DNA of 46,250 nucleotides, from the IMG/VR virus record IMGVR_UViG_2718218453_000004, one strand, 5' to 3'. The DNA comes from a virus (taxonomy: Duplodnaviria > Heunggongvirae > Uroviricota > Caudoviricetes). The position numbers and the translations under genes were made by a program. Shown here piece after piece: positions 29,494 to 39,407 of the stretch. The notes beneath the pieces are model-generated. The model ran no database searches. It saw only the letters and a list, made by a program, of their open reading frames with translations, and was not told where the DNA came from. How positions within the stretch are numbered: position 1 is the stretch's first letter; each line of letters begins with the position of its first letter.

Positions 29494-29831
29494 CGCGGGA
29501 AATGCAGTTTGTCATGCGGCTTGCCCGGGAGTTCAGGCGGGCAGACTGGCGGCGGATGCTGTCGGAAATGTCGGCCACTGAGCTTGGTGAGTGGGGCGAT
29601 TATTTCCGGATGCAGAGCTTCAGTGATGTGTGGATGGATGCGCAGTTTGCCTCGCTGAAGGCATTGATCGTGAGAATGGTGTCCGGCAGCAGTGATGCTG
29701 CGGTGGCTGATTTCAGCCTTTTACCGGAAGAGAACGGGATACCGGAGCGAACGGACGAAGAACTGATGCATCTTGGGGAAGGTATTTCCGGAGGTGTGCG
29801 TTATGGACCAGATAGCCAACCTGGTCATTGA
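29469..29831 (+). CDS. T: T segment of the G-T tail assembly chaperone (-1 frameshift product)
   Basis: The -1 frame is open from 29469 and overlaps the last 25 nt of G. It encodes ...MRLAREFRRADWRRMLSEMS...GISGGVRYGPD, resembling lambda gpT. Confidence 0.8.
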   Translation, partial: GADAGKVLTREMQFVMRLAREFRRADWRRMLSEMSATELGEWGDYFRMQSFSDVWMDAQFASLKALIVRMVSGSSDAAVADFSLLPEENGIPERTDEELMHLGEGISGGVRYGPDSQPGH

Positions 29832-32800
29832 TTTGGGGATTGATGCGGCAGAGTTTAAAAATGAAATTCCCCGTATCAAAAACCTTCTGAATGGTGCAGC
29901 CAGCGATGCAGAACGGTCTTCTGCCCGTATGCAGCGTTTTATGGAGCGTCAGACTCAGGCCGCCCGGCAGACAACGCAGGCGGCTTCTTCGGCTGCAACA
30001 GCCGCATCCGTCCATGCGCAGACGGTGGAGAAGAACGCACAGGCTCATGAACGCATGGCCCGCGAGGTGGAGAAAACCCGCCAGCGCATGGAGGCGCTGA
30101 GCCAGAAAATGCGCGAGGAACAGGCGCAGGCCATGGCTCTGGCGGAGGCTCAGGATAAAGCGGCTGCTGCGTTTTATCGTCAGATTGACAGTGTGAAACA
30201 GGCCAGTGCGGGGCTGCAGGAATTACAGCGTATTCAGCAGCAGATCCGACAGGCCAGAAACAGTGGCGGGATTGGTCAGCAGGATTATCTGGCGCTGATT
30301 TCTGAGGTTACTGCGAAAACCCGTGTTCTTACACAGGCTGAGGAAGAGGCTACCCGACAGAAAGTGGCGTTTATCCGTCAGCTTAAAGAGCAGGCAACCC
30401 GCCAGAATCTTTCATCTTCTGAGTTGCTTCGTGCCAAGGCAGCCCAGCTGGGGGTAAGCAGTGCTGCAGAAGTGTATATCCGCAAAATGGAGCAGGCAGG
30501 AAAAGCCACGCATTCGCTGGGTCTGAAAAGTGCAGCAGCCCGCCAGGAGATAGGCGTTCTGATAGGTGAACTGGCCCGCGGCAATTTAGGGGCGCTGAGG
30601 GGATCCGGGATAACGCTGGCTAACCGTGCCGGATGGATAGACACACTGATGTCACCGAAAGGCATGATGCTTGGCGGGGTTATTGGCGGTATTGCCGCGG
30701 CCGTCTATGGTCTGGGTAAAGCCTGGTATGACGGTCAGAAGGAGGGGGAAGAATTTAACCGCCAGTTGTCGCTGACGGGGCATTATGCCGGAGTCACTGC
30801 CGGGCAGCTGTGGACGCTCAGTCGTGCTATTTCCGGGAATGGTATCACGCAACATGCTGCAGCCGGTGCGCTGGCTCAGGTGGTGGGGAGTGGTGCATTT
30901 CGTGGAAACGATATCGGTATGGTGGCGAGAGCTGCCGCACAGATGGAGCGATCGGTTGGCCAGTCGGTCAGCGATACCATAAATCAGTTTAAGCGGCTGA
31001 AGGATGATCCTGTAAATGCCGCGAAGGCTCTGGACAATGAGCTGCATTTTCTTACTGCCACTCAGCTTGAGCAGATACGCGTCCTTGGGGAGCAGGGGCG
31101 GTCCAGTGATGCTGCACGGATAGCCATGTCTGCACTGGCAGAGGAAACCGGTCGGCGTACTGCGGATATTGATAATAACCTCAATGCGCTTGGCAGTACG
31201 CTGAAGTATCTGTCTGATTTGTGGAGTCGTTTCTGGGATGCGGCCATGAATATTGGTCGTGAAGACTCGCTGGATGAACAGATTGCCGCTTTACAGGAGA
31301 AAGTGTCGCGGGCGAAAAGACTCCCCTGGACGGCATCATCTTCTCAGGTTGAATACGATCAGCAGCGTCTTAACGATCTTCAGGAGAAAAAACGCCAGAA
31401 GGATTTGCAGGATGCAAAAGAGCAGGCAGAGCGGAATTATCAGGAGCAACAGAAACGACGTAATGCTGAAAATGCTGCTCTGAACCGGATGAATGAAACG
31501 GAAGCAGCACGACATCAGCGTGAAATTGCGCGTATTAATTCCATGCAGTACGCCGATCAGGCTGTCAGGGATGCAGCGATACAACGTGAAAATGAACGTT
31601 ACGAGAAAGCCCTGGCATCCGGTAAGAAAAAAACACGCGAAACCCGTAATGATGAGGCCACCCGGTTATTGCTGCAGTACAGTCAGCAACAGGCACAGGT
31701 GGAAGGACAGATTGCTGCTGCAAGACAGTCAGCAGGCATTGCCACTGAAAAGATGACAGAAGCGCATAAACAGCTTCTGGCTCTGCAGCAGCGCATCAGC
31801 GATCTGGACGGGAAAAAACTGACGGCAGATGAAAAGAGTGTGCTGGCCCGTAAAGATGAACTGATTCAGGCACTGACGCTGCTGGATGTAAAACAGCAGG
31901 AGCTTCAGAAACAGACGGCACTCAACGATCTGAAGAAAAAAACAATTCAGCTGACCAGTCAACTGGCTGAAGAAGAGCGCGCTCAGCGCCAGCAACATGA
32001 CCTGGATATCGCCACGGTGGGTATGGGTGATCAGCAGCGGCAGCGATATCAGGTACAACTGAGTCTTCGCCAGAAATACCAGCAACAGCTGGAGCAGTTG
32101 AGGCGGGATAGTGAGCAGAAAGGGACATATAACACGGATGACTACAGAAAGGCCGAGCAGGCGCTGACGGAGAGCCTGAACCGACAACTGAATGAGAATC
32201 GCCGTTACTGGCAACAGCTTGAAGTTGTGCAGGGTAACTGGAAAAACGGAGTCCTGCGTGCATTTCAGGATTTTACCGTGGATGCAGATAATACGGCAGG
32301 AACAGCAGAACAGGTGTTCTCGTCAGCCTTCAGCAACATGGGAAATGGCCTGGCAACTTTTGTCACTACCGGCAAACTCAACTTCAAATCCTTCACCTCT
32401 TCGGTGCTGTCAGATATGGCGAAAATCCTGGCGCAGGCAACCATGATGAAATCGATAAAAGGGATTGGCAGTGTACTGGGATTTGATCTCAGCAGCCTTT
32501 CCCTGAATGCCAATGGGGGGATTTATCAGTCTGCTGATTTGAGTCGTTACAGTGGCACGGTGGTTAACCGTCCGACGTTTTTTGCTTTTGCAAAAGGCGC
32601 GGGTGTGATGGGGGAAGCTGGACCTGAAGCCATTCTGCCACTGCGTCGTGGTGCTGACGGTAAGCTGGGGGTTGTGGCGGATATTGGTGGTTCAGGTATG
32701 GCGATGTTTGCCCCGCAGTACAACATCGAGATCAATAACGATGGCACGAACGGGCAGATAGGTCCGGCTGCCCTGAAGGTGGTTTATGACCTTGGGAAAA

Positions 32801-32868
32801 AAGCGGCAGCGGACTTTATGCAACAGCAGGCCCGTGATGGTGGTCGGTTAAGTGGAGCATATCGGTAA
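29803..32868 (+). CDS. H: Tail tape measure protein H
   Basis: About 1021 aa from MDQIANLVIDLGIDAAEF; C-terminus ...NNDGTNGQIGPAALKVVYDLGKKAAADFMQQQARDGG matches the lambda gpH end. Confidence 0.95.
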   Translation: MDQIANLVIDLGIDAAEFKNEIPRIKNLLNGAASDAERSSARMQRFMERQTQAARQTTQAASSAATAASVHAQTVEKNAQAHERMAREVEKTRQRMEALSQKMREEQAQAMALAEAQDKAAAAFYRQIDSVKQASAGLQELQRIQQQIRQARNSGGIGQQDYLALISEVTAKTRVLTQAEEEATRQKVAFIRQLKEQATRQNLSSSELLRAKAAQLGVSSAAEVYIRKMEQAGKATHSLGLKSAAARQEIGVLIGELARGNLGALRGSGITLANRAGWIDTLMSPKGMMLGGVIGGIAAAVYGLGKAWYDGQKEGEEFNRQLSLTGHYAGVTAGQLWTLSRAISGNGITQHAAAGALAQVVGSGAFRGNDIGMVARAAAQMERSVGQSVSDTINQFKRLKDDPVNAAKALDNELHFLTATQLEQIRVLGEQGRSSDAARIAMSALAEETGRRTADIDNNLNALGSTLKYLSDLWSRFWDAAMNIGREDSLDEQIAALQEKVSRAKRLPWTASSSQVEYDQQRLNDLQEKKRQKDLQDAKEQAERNYQEQQKRRNAENAALNRMNETEAARHQREIARINSMQYADQAVRDAAIQRENERYEKALASGKKKTRETRNDEATRLLLQYSQQQAQVEGQIAAARQSAGIATEKMTEAHKQLLALQQRISDLDGKKLTADEKSVLARKDELIQALTLLDVKQQELQKQTALNDLKKKTIQLTSQLAEEERAQRQQHDLDIATVGMGDQQRQRYQVQLSLRQKYQQQLEQLRRDSEQKGTYNTDDYRKAEQALTESLNRQLNENRRYWQQLEVVQGNWKNGVLRAFQDFTVDADNTAGTAEQVFSSAFSNMGNGLATFVTTGKLNFKSFTSSVLSDMAKILAQATMMKSIKGIGSVLGFDLSSLSLNANGGIYQSADLSRYSGTVVNRPTFFAFAKGAGVMGEAGPEAILPLRRGADGKLGVVADIGGSGMAMFAPQYNIEINNDGTNGQIGPAALKVVYDLGKKAAADFMQQQARDGGRLSGAYR

Positions 32869-33197
32869 TGGAGACGTTTCACTGGAAAGTGCGCCCGGAT
32901 ATGAATGTGGTATCAGAGCCGAAAGTGGTGACAGTGAAGCTGGGCGATGGTTATGAACAGCGTCGTGCGGCGGGACTGAATAACCAGTTGTCGATTTACA
33001 GCGTGACGATACGTGTTCGTAAATGTGAACACCCATCTTTAAAAGCCTTTCTGGAACGGCACGGTGGCGTCCGCGCATTTCAGTGGACGCCACCTTATGA
33101 CTGGAAGCCGATCAGGGTGGTTTGTCGTAAATGGTCGGCAAGCGTGGGGGCGTTGTGGGTAACCATAACGGCAGATTTTGAACAGGTCGTGGCATAG
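32868..33197 (+). CDS. M: Minor tail protein M
   Basis: 109 aa; the ATG overlaps the H stop. Confidence 0.9.
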   Translation: METFHWKVRPDMNVVSEPKVVTVKLGDGYEQRRAAGLNNQLSIYSVTIRVRKCEHPSLKAFLERHGGVRAFQWTPPYDWKPIRVVCRKWSASVGALWVTITADFEQVVA

Positions 33198-33206
33198 GAG
33201 TCTCTG

Positions 33207-33905
33207 ATGCAGGATATTCCACAGGAAACACATCATGAGACGACATGCCTCACTCAGTCAGCCCAGGTGGTGCTCTGGGAAATCGATCTGACAGTGGTCG
33301 GTGGAGAACGTTATTTTTTCTGTAATGAGCAGAACGATAAAGGTGAGCCGGTCACCTGGCAGGGGCGACAGTATCAGGCGTATCCCATTCAGGGGACGGG
33401 ATTTGAACTGAACGGCAAAGGCAGTGCTGCCCGTCCGACACTGACGGTTTCTAACCTGCACGGCATGGTCACCGGGATGGCGGAAGACCTGCAGAGTCTG
33501 GTCGGAGGAACGGTGGTCCGGCGTAAGGTTTACGCCCGTTTTCTGGATGCGGTGAACTTCGTCAACGGAAACAGTGACGCCGATCCGGAGCAGGAGGTGA
33601 TCAGCCGCTGGCGCATTGAGCAGTGCAGCGAACTGAGCGCGGTGAGTGCCTCTTTTGTACTGTCCACGCCGACGGAAACGGACGGCGCTGTTTTTCCGGG
33701 ACGTATCATGCTGGCCAACACCTGCACCTGGACCTATCGCGGCGATGAGTGCGGTTATCACGGTCCGGCGGTCGCGGATGAATATGACCAGCCAACGTCC
33801 GATATCACGAAGGATAAATGCAGCAAATGCCTGAGCGGTTGTAAGTTCCGCAATAACGTCGGCAACTTTGGCGGCTTCCTTTCCATTAACAAACTTTCGC
33901 AGTGA
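33207..33905 (+). CDS. L: Minor tail protein L
   Basis: 232 aa, same length as lambda gpL, with a Cys-rich C-terminus. Confidence 0.9.
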   Translation: MQDIPQETHHETTCLTQSAQVVLWEIDLTVVGGERYFFCNEQNDKGEPVTWQGRQYQAYPIQGTGFELNGKGSAARPTLTVSNLHGMVTGMAEDLQSLVGGTVVRRKVYARFLDAVNFVNGNSDADPEQEVISRWRIEQCSELSAVSASFVLSTPTETDGAVFPGRIMLANTCTWTYRGDECGYHGPAVADEYDQPTSDITKDKCSKCLSGCKFRNNVGNFGGFLSINKLSQ

Positions 33906-33910
33906 ATCCC

Positions 33911-34654
33911 ATGACAGAGACAGAATCAGCGATTCTGGCGCACGCCCGGCGATGTGCGTCAGCAGAGTCGTGCGGCTTCGTGGTGAGAACACCGGAGGGG
34001 GAAAGATATTTTCCCTGCGTGAATATCTCCGGTGAGCCGGAGGCGTATTTCCGGATGTCGCCGGAGGACTGGCTGCGGGCAGAGATGCAGGGTGAGATTG
34101 TGGCGCTGGTCCACAGCCACCCCGGTGGTCTGCCCTGGCTGAGTGAGACCGACCGGCGGCTGCAGGTGCAGAGTGATTTGCCGTGGTGGCTGGTTTGCCG
34201 GGGGGCGATTCACAAGTTCCGCTGTGTGCCACATCTTTCCGGGCGGCGCTTTGAGCACGGGGTGACGGACTGTTACACGCTGTTCCGGGATGCTTACCAT
34301 CTGGCGGGGATTGAGATGCCGGATTTTCATCGCGAGGATGACTGGTGGCGTCACGGTCAGAATCTCTATCTGGATAATCTGGAGGCCACAGGGTTGTATC
34401 AGGTGCCGTTGTCAGCGGCGCAGCCGGGCGATGTGCTGCTGTGCTGTTTTGGTTCATCGGTGCCGAATCATGCCGCCATTTACTGTGGTGACAGCGAGCT
34501 GCTGCACCATATTCCTGAACAACTGAGCAAACGAGAGAGGTACACCGACAAATGGCAGCGACGCACACACTCCCTCTGGCGTCACCGGGCATGGCACGCA
34601 TCTGCCTTTACGGGGATTTACAACGATTTGGCCGCCGCATCGACCTTCGAGTGA
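33911..34654 (+). CDS. K: Tail assembly protein K (JAB/MPN plus NlpC/P60-like)
   Basis: MTETESAILAHARRC...HSHP... carries the JAMM motif. Confidence 0.9.
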   Translation: MTETESAILAHARRCASAESCGFVVRTPEGERYFPCVNISGEPEAYFRMSPEDWLRAEMQGEIVALVHSHPGGLPWLSETDRRLQVQSDLPWWLVCRGAIHKFRCVPHLSGRRFEHGVTDCYTLFRDAYHLAGIEMPDFHREDDWWRHGQNLYLDNLEATGLYQVPLSAAQPGDVLLCCFGSSVPNHAAIYCGDSELLHHIPEQLSKRERYTDKWQRRTHSLWRHRAWHASAFTGIYNDLAAASTFE

Positions 34655-35199
34655 AAACGGGGTCCGAAGCCATCCGGGCGCTGGCCATGCAGATCCCGGC
34701 GTTTCGTCAGAAACTGAGCGACGGCTGGTACCAGGTACGCATTGCCGGGCGTGATGCAGGTGAAACCGAATTGTCTGCCCGTCTGAATGAGCCGCTGGCA
34801 AATGGTGCCGTGATCCACATCGTGCCGCGTCTGGCGGGAGCTAAAAGTGGCGGTGTGTTTCAGGTGGTGCTGGGGGCGGCGCTGATTGCGGTGTCATGGT
34901 GGAACCCTGTGGGCTGGCTGGGTGCCGCGGCTGTATCGGGCATGTATGCGGCAGGGGCCAGTATGATCCTGGGCGGAGTGGCGCAGATGCTGGCACCGAA
35001 AGCCAGGACGCCCACGGCAGCAAGTACAGATAACGGCAAACAGAACACCTATTTCTCCTCACTGGATAACATGGTTGCCCAGGGCAATGTTCTGCCCGTT
35101 CTGTACGGTGAAATGCGCGTGGGGTCGCGGGTGGTCTCTCAGGAGATCAGCACGGCAGACGAAGGGGACGGTGGTCAGGTTGTGGTGATTGGTCGTTGA
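34552..35199 (+). CDS. I: Tail assembly protein I
   Basis: MAATHTLPLASPGMARICLYGDLQRFGRRIDL...GDGGQVVVIGR matches lambda gpI ends; overlaps K. Confidence 0.9.
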   Translation: MAATHTLPLASPGMARICLYGDLQRFGRRIDLRVKTGSEAIRALAMQIPAFRQKLSDGWYQVRIAGRDAGETELSARLNEPLANGAVIHIVPRLAGAKSGGVFQVVLGAALIAVSWWNPVGWLGAAAVSGMYAAGASMILGGVAQMLAPKARTPTAASTDNGKQNTYFSSLDNMVAQGNVLPVLYGEMRVGSRVVSQEISTADEGDGGQVVVIGR

Positions 35200-35259
35200 T
35201 GAAAAACGTTTTATGTGAAACCGCTTCCGGGCGGTTTTGTCGTTTATGGAGCGTGAGGA

Positions 35260-38200
35260 ATGGGTAAAGGCAGCAGTAAGGGGCATACTCCGCGCGAAAC
35301 GAAGGACAACCTGAAGTCCACGCAGTTGCTGAGTGTGATCGATGCCATCAGCGAAGGGCCGATTGAAGGTCCGGTGGATGGATTAAAAAGCGTGCTGCTG
35401 AACAGTACGCCGGTGCTGGACAGTGAGGGGAATACCAACATCTCCGGCGTCACGGTGGTGTTCCGGGCCGGTGAGCAGGAGCAGACACCGCCGGAGGGAT
35501 TTGAATCCTCCGGCTCCGAGACGGTGCTGGGTACGGAAGTGAAATACGACACGCCGATCACCCGGACCATCACGTCGGCAAACATTGACCGACTGCGCTT
35601 TACCTTCGGTGTGCAGGCACTGGTGGAAACCACCTCAAAGGGGGACCGGAATCCGTCGGAAGTTCGCCTGCTGGTTCAGATACAGCGTAATGGTGGCTGG
35701 GTGACGGAAAAAGACATCACCATTAAGGGCAAAACCACCTCGCAGTATCTGGCCTCGGTGGTGGTGGATAACCTGCCGCCGCGCCCGTTCAGTATCCGGA
35801 TGCGCAGGATGACGCCGGACAGCACCACAGACCAGCTGCAGAACAAAACGCTCTGGTCGTCATACACCGAAATCATCGATGTGAAACAGTGCTACCCGAA
35901 TACGGCACTGGTCGGCGTACAGGTGGATTCGGAGCAGTTCGGCAGCCAGCAGGTGAGCCGTAATTATCATCTTCGCGGGCGCATTCTGCAGGTGCCGTCG
36001 AACTATAACCCGCAGACGCGGCAATACAGCGGTATCTGGGACGGAACGTTAAAACCGGCATACAGCAATAACATGGCCTGGTGTCTGTGGGATATGCTGA
36101 CCCATCCACGCTACGGCATGGGGAAACGTCTTGGTGCGGCGGATGTGGACAAATGGGCGCTGTATGTCATCGGCCAGTACTGCGACCAGTCAGTGCCGGA
36201 CGGCTTTGGCGGCACGGAGCCGCGCATCACCTGTAATGCGTACCTGACCACACAGCGCAAGGCGTGGGATGTGCTCAGTGATTTCTGCTCGGCGATGCGC
36301 TGTATGCCGGTATGGAACGGGCAGACGCTGACGTTCGTGCAGGACCGACCGTCGGATAAGGTGTGGACCTATAACCGCAGTAATGTGGTGATGCCGGATG
36401 ATGGCGCGCCGTTCCGCTACAGCTTCAGCGCCCTGAAGGACCGCCATAATGCCGTTGAGGTGAACTGGATTGACCCGGACAACGGCTGGGAGACGGCAAC
36501 AGAGCTTGTGGAGGACACGCAGGCCATTGCCCGTTACGGTCGTAATGTCACGAAGATGGATGCCTTTGGCTGTACCAGCCGGGGGCAGGCACACCGCGCC
36601 GGGCTGTGGCTGATTAAAACGGAACTGCTGGAGACGCAGACCGTGGATTTCAGCGTGGGTGCTGAAGGGCTTCGCCATGTACCGGGCGATGTCATTGAAA
36701 TCTGCGATGATGACTATGCCGGTATCAGCACCGGTGGTCGCGTGCTGGCGGTGAACAGCCAGACCCGGACGCTGACGCTCGACCGTGAAATCACGCTGCC
36801 ATCCTCCGGTACCACGCTGATAAGCCTGGTTGACGGAAGTGGTAATCCGGTCAGCGTGGAGGTCCAGTCCGTCACCGACGGACTTAAGGTGAAAGTGAAC
36901 CGGGTTCCTGACGGCGTTGCAGAATACAGTGTGTGGGGGCTGAAGTTGCCGACGCTGCGCCAGCGCCTGTTCCGCTGCGTGAGTATCCGTGAGAACGACG
37001 ACGGCACGTATGCCATCACCGCCGTGCAGCATGTACCGGAAAAAGAAGCCATCGTGGATAACGGGGCGCACTTTGACGGCGACCAGAGCGGCACGGTGAA
37101 TGGTGTCACGCCGCCAGCAGTGCAGCACCTGACTGCCGAAGTTACCGCAGACAGCGGGGAGTATCAGGTACTGGCCCGCTGGGATACGCCGAAGGTGGTG
37201 AAGGGCGTGAGTTTCATGCTTCGCCTGACCGTGGCAGCGGATGACGGCAGTGAGCGGCTGGTCAGCACAGCCCGGACGGCGGAAACCACATACCGCTTCA
37301 CACAACTGGCGCTGGGGAACTACAGGCTGACAGTCCGGGCGGTAAATGCCCGGGGGCAGCAGGGCGATCCGGCATCGGTATCGTTCCGGATTGCCGCACC
37401 TGCAGTGCCGTCGCGGATTGAGCTGACGCCGGGCTATTTTCAGATAACCGCCACGCCACATCTTGCCGTTTATGACCCGACGGTACAGTTTGAGTTCTGG
37501 TTCTCGGAAACGCGGATTACCGATATCAGGCAGGTAGAAACCACAGCCCGCTATCTTGGTACGGCGCTGTACTGGATAGCCGCCAGTATCAATATCAAAC
37601 CGGGCCATGATTATTACTTTTATATCCGCAGTGTGAACACCGTTGGCAAATCGGCATTCGTGGAGGCCGTCGGTCGGGCGAGCGATGATGCGGAAGGTTA
37701 CCTGGATTTTTTCAAAGGCCAGATAACCGAATCCCATCTCGGCAAGGAGCTGCTGGAAAAAGTTGATCTGACGGAGGATAACGCCAGCAGACTGGATGAG
37801 TTTTCGAAAGAGTGGCAGGACGCTAACGATAAATGGAATGCCATGTGGGGCGTCAAAATTGAGCAGACCAAAGACGGCAAACATTATGTCGCGGGTATTG
37901 GCCTCAGCATGGAGGACACGGAGGAAGGCAAACTGAGCCAGTTTCTGGTTGCCGCTAACCGTATCGCGTTTATTGACCCGGCAAACGGGAATGAAACGCC
38001 GATGTTTGTGGCGCAGGGCAACCAGATATTCATGAACGACGTGTTCCTGAAGCGCCTGACAGCCCCCGCCATTACCAGCGGTGGCAGTCCTCCGGTATTT
38101 TCCCTGACATCAGACGGAAAGCTGACCGCTAAAAATGCGGATATCAGTGGTAGTGTGAATGCGAACTCAGGAACGCTCAACAATGTCACGATTAACCAGA

Positions 38201-38673
38201 ACTGTACGATTAAGGGCATGCTGGAGGCGACCCAGGTCAGAGGGGATTTCGTTAAAGCTGTATCAAAAGCCTTCCCGAAAAAAGTCGGTACGTGGGGTAA
38301 CACGGAAACACCAAACGGTACGGTTACAGTCACCATCAGCGATGATCATAACTTTGACCGCCAGATTATTATTCCGCCCATTATTTTTAACGGTATAGCG
38401 TATGACGATCCGGGGAGCGGAAATAACCCGGGAGGCACGCGATACACGGGTTATGGTTTTGAAGTTCGCAAAAACGGCGTATTAATCGCATCCAGAGAAA
38501 CTAAAGGGGCCATTCCCGGTAGTTACAGTGCAGTTATTGATATGCCTAGTGGTGGTGGTAGCGTCACTCTGGAGTTTAAGATTTTCCAGAAAGGCAATCA
38601 GGGGGCAGGCAATATCACCGACTGTACGGTGATTGTGACCAAAAAAGCGGCTTCCGGCATCAGTATTCGTTGA
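35260..38673 (+). CDS. J: Central tail fibre / host specificity protein J
   Basis: 1137 aa; [37 protein letters not shown] matches the lambda gpJ N-terminus. Confidence 0.95.
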   Translation: MGKGSSKGHTPRETKDNLKSTQLLSVIDAISEGPIEGPVDGLKSVLLNSTPVLDSEGNTNISGVTVVFRAGEQEQTPPEGFESSGSETVLGTEVKYDTPITRTITSANIDRLRFTFGVQALVETTSKGDRNPSEVRLLVQIQRNGGWVTEKDITIKGKTTSQYLASVVVDNLPPRPFSIRMRRMTPDSTTDQLQNKTLWSSYTEIIDVKQCYPNTALVGVQVDSEQFGSQQVSRNYHLRGRILQVPSNYNPQTRQYSGIWDGTLKPAYSNNMAWCLWDMLTHPRYGMGKRLGAADVDKWALYVIGQYCDQSVPDGFGGTEPRITCNAYLTTQRKAWDVLSDFCSAMRCMPVWNGQTLTFVQDRPSDKVWTYNRSNVVMPDDGAPFRYSFSALKDRHNAVEVNWIDPDNGWETATELVEDTQAIARYGRNVTKMDAFGCTSRGQAHRAGLWLIKTELLETQTVDFSVGAEGLRHVPGDVIEICDDDYAGISTGGRVLAVNSQTRTLTLDREITLPSSGTTLISLVDGSGNPVSVEVQSVTDGLKVKVNRVPDGVAEYSVWGLKLPTLRQRLFRCVSIRENDDGTYAITAVQHVPEKEAIVDNGAHFDGDQSGTVNGVTPPAVQHLTAEVTADSGEYQVLARWDTPKVVKGVSFMLRLTVAADDGSERLVSTARTAETTYRFTQLALGNYRLTVRAVNARGQQGDPASVSFRIAAPAVPSRIELTPGYFQITATPHLAVYDPTVQFEFWFSETRITDIRQVETTARYLGTALYWIAASINIKPGHDYYFYIRSVNTVGKSAFVEAVGRASDDAEGYLDFFKGQITESHLGKELLEKVDLTEDNASRLDEFSKEWQDANDKWNAMWGVKIEQTKDGKHYVAGIGLSMEDTEEGKLSQFLVAANRIAFIDPANGNETPMFVAQGNQIFMNDVFLKRLTAPAITSGGSPPVFSLTSDGKLTAKNADISGSVNANSGTLNNVTINQNCTIKGMLEATQVRGDFVKAVSKAFPKKVGTWGNTETPNGTVTVTISDDHNFDRQIIIPPIIFNGIAYDDPGSGNNPGGTRYTGYGFEVRKNGVLIASRETKGAIPGSYSAVIDMPSGGGSVTLEFKIFQKGNQGAGNITDCTVIVTKKAASGISIR

Positions 38674-38695
38674 AATATTTATAACCCCAATAAAT

Positions 38696-38719
38696 GGCGT
38701 CAGGAATGACGCCTTTTTT
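38696..38719 (+). terminator. Rho-independent terminator after J
   Basis: ggcgtca-ggaa-tgacgcc followed by TTTTTTATT. Confidence 0.75.
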
Positions 38720-38743
38720 ATTGCAGAAAAGCGAGAGGTAATT

Positions 38744-39343
38744 ATGCGTAAAGTTTGTGCCGCCATTTTGTCCGCAGCCATTTGTCTGGCCGTATCCGGT
38801 GCGCCTGCATGGGCGTCTGAACATCAGTCCACGCTGAGCGCGGGGTATCTTCATGCCCGGACCAACGTTCCCGGCAGTGATGATCTGAACGGGATTAACG
38901 TGAAATACCGTTATGAGTTTACGGATACGCTGGGGCTGGTGACGTCATTCAGCTATGCAGGAGACAAGAATCGCCAGCTGACCCGTTACAGCGATACCCG
39001 CTGGCATGAAGATTCCGTTCGTAACCGCTGGTTCAGCGTGATGGCGGGGCCGTCTGTGCGCGTGAATGAATGGTTCAGCGCGTATGCGATGGCGGGTGTG
39101 GCTTACAGCCGTGTGTCGACTTTCTCCGGGGATTATCTCCGCGTAACTGACAACAAGGGGAAAACGCACGACGTGCTGACCGGAAGTGATGACGGTCGCC
39201 ACAGCAACACGTCTCTGGCGTGGGGGGCTGGCGTGCAGTTTAACCCGACCGAATCCGTGGCCATTGATATTGCTTATGAAGGCTCCGGCAGTGGCGACTG
39301 GCGCACTGACGGTTTCATCGTGGGTGTTGGTTATAAGTTCTGA
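38744..39343 (+). CDS. lom: Lom outer-membrane protein (Ail/Lom family)
   Basis: Signal peptide then beta-barrel signature ending ...GFIVGVGYKF; lambda lom position. Confidence 0.9.
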   Translation: MRKVCAAILSAAICLAVSGAPAWASEHQSTLSAGYLHARTNVPGSDDLNGINVKYRYEFTDTLGLVTSFSYAGDKNRQLTRYSDTRWHEDSVRNRWFSVMAGPSVRVNEWFSAYAMAGVAYSRVSTFSGDYLRVTDNKGKTHDVLTGSDDGRHSNTSLAWGAGVQFNPTESVAIDIAYEGSGSGDWRTDGFIVGVGYKF

Positions 39344-39370
39344 TTAGCCAGGTAACACAGTGTTATGACA

Positions 39371-39396
39371 GCCCGCCGGTTCAGGCGGGCTTTTTT
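39371..39396 (+). terminator. Rho-independent terminator after lom
   Basis: gcccgcc-ggttca-ggcgggc followed by TTTTTT. Confidence 0.75.
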
Positions 39397-39407
39397 GTGG
39401 GGTGAAT

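Noticed and set aside
33258-34601. 447-aa reverse-strand ORF across L and K
   Set aside because: Antisense to two conserved tail genes; Pro/Ala/Arg/Ser-rich low-complexity sequence with no start context.
36190-37884. 564-aa reverse-strand ORF inside gene J
   Set aside because: Lies wholly antisense within a well-supported tail fibre gene; Arg/Pro/Ala/His-rich low-complexity translation typical of antisense frames in GC-rich coding DNA.
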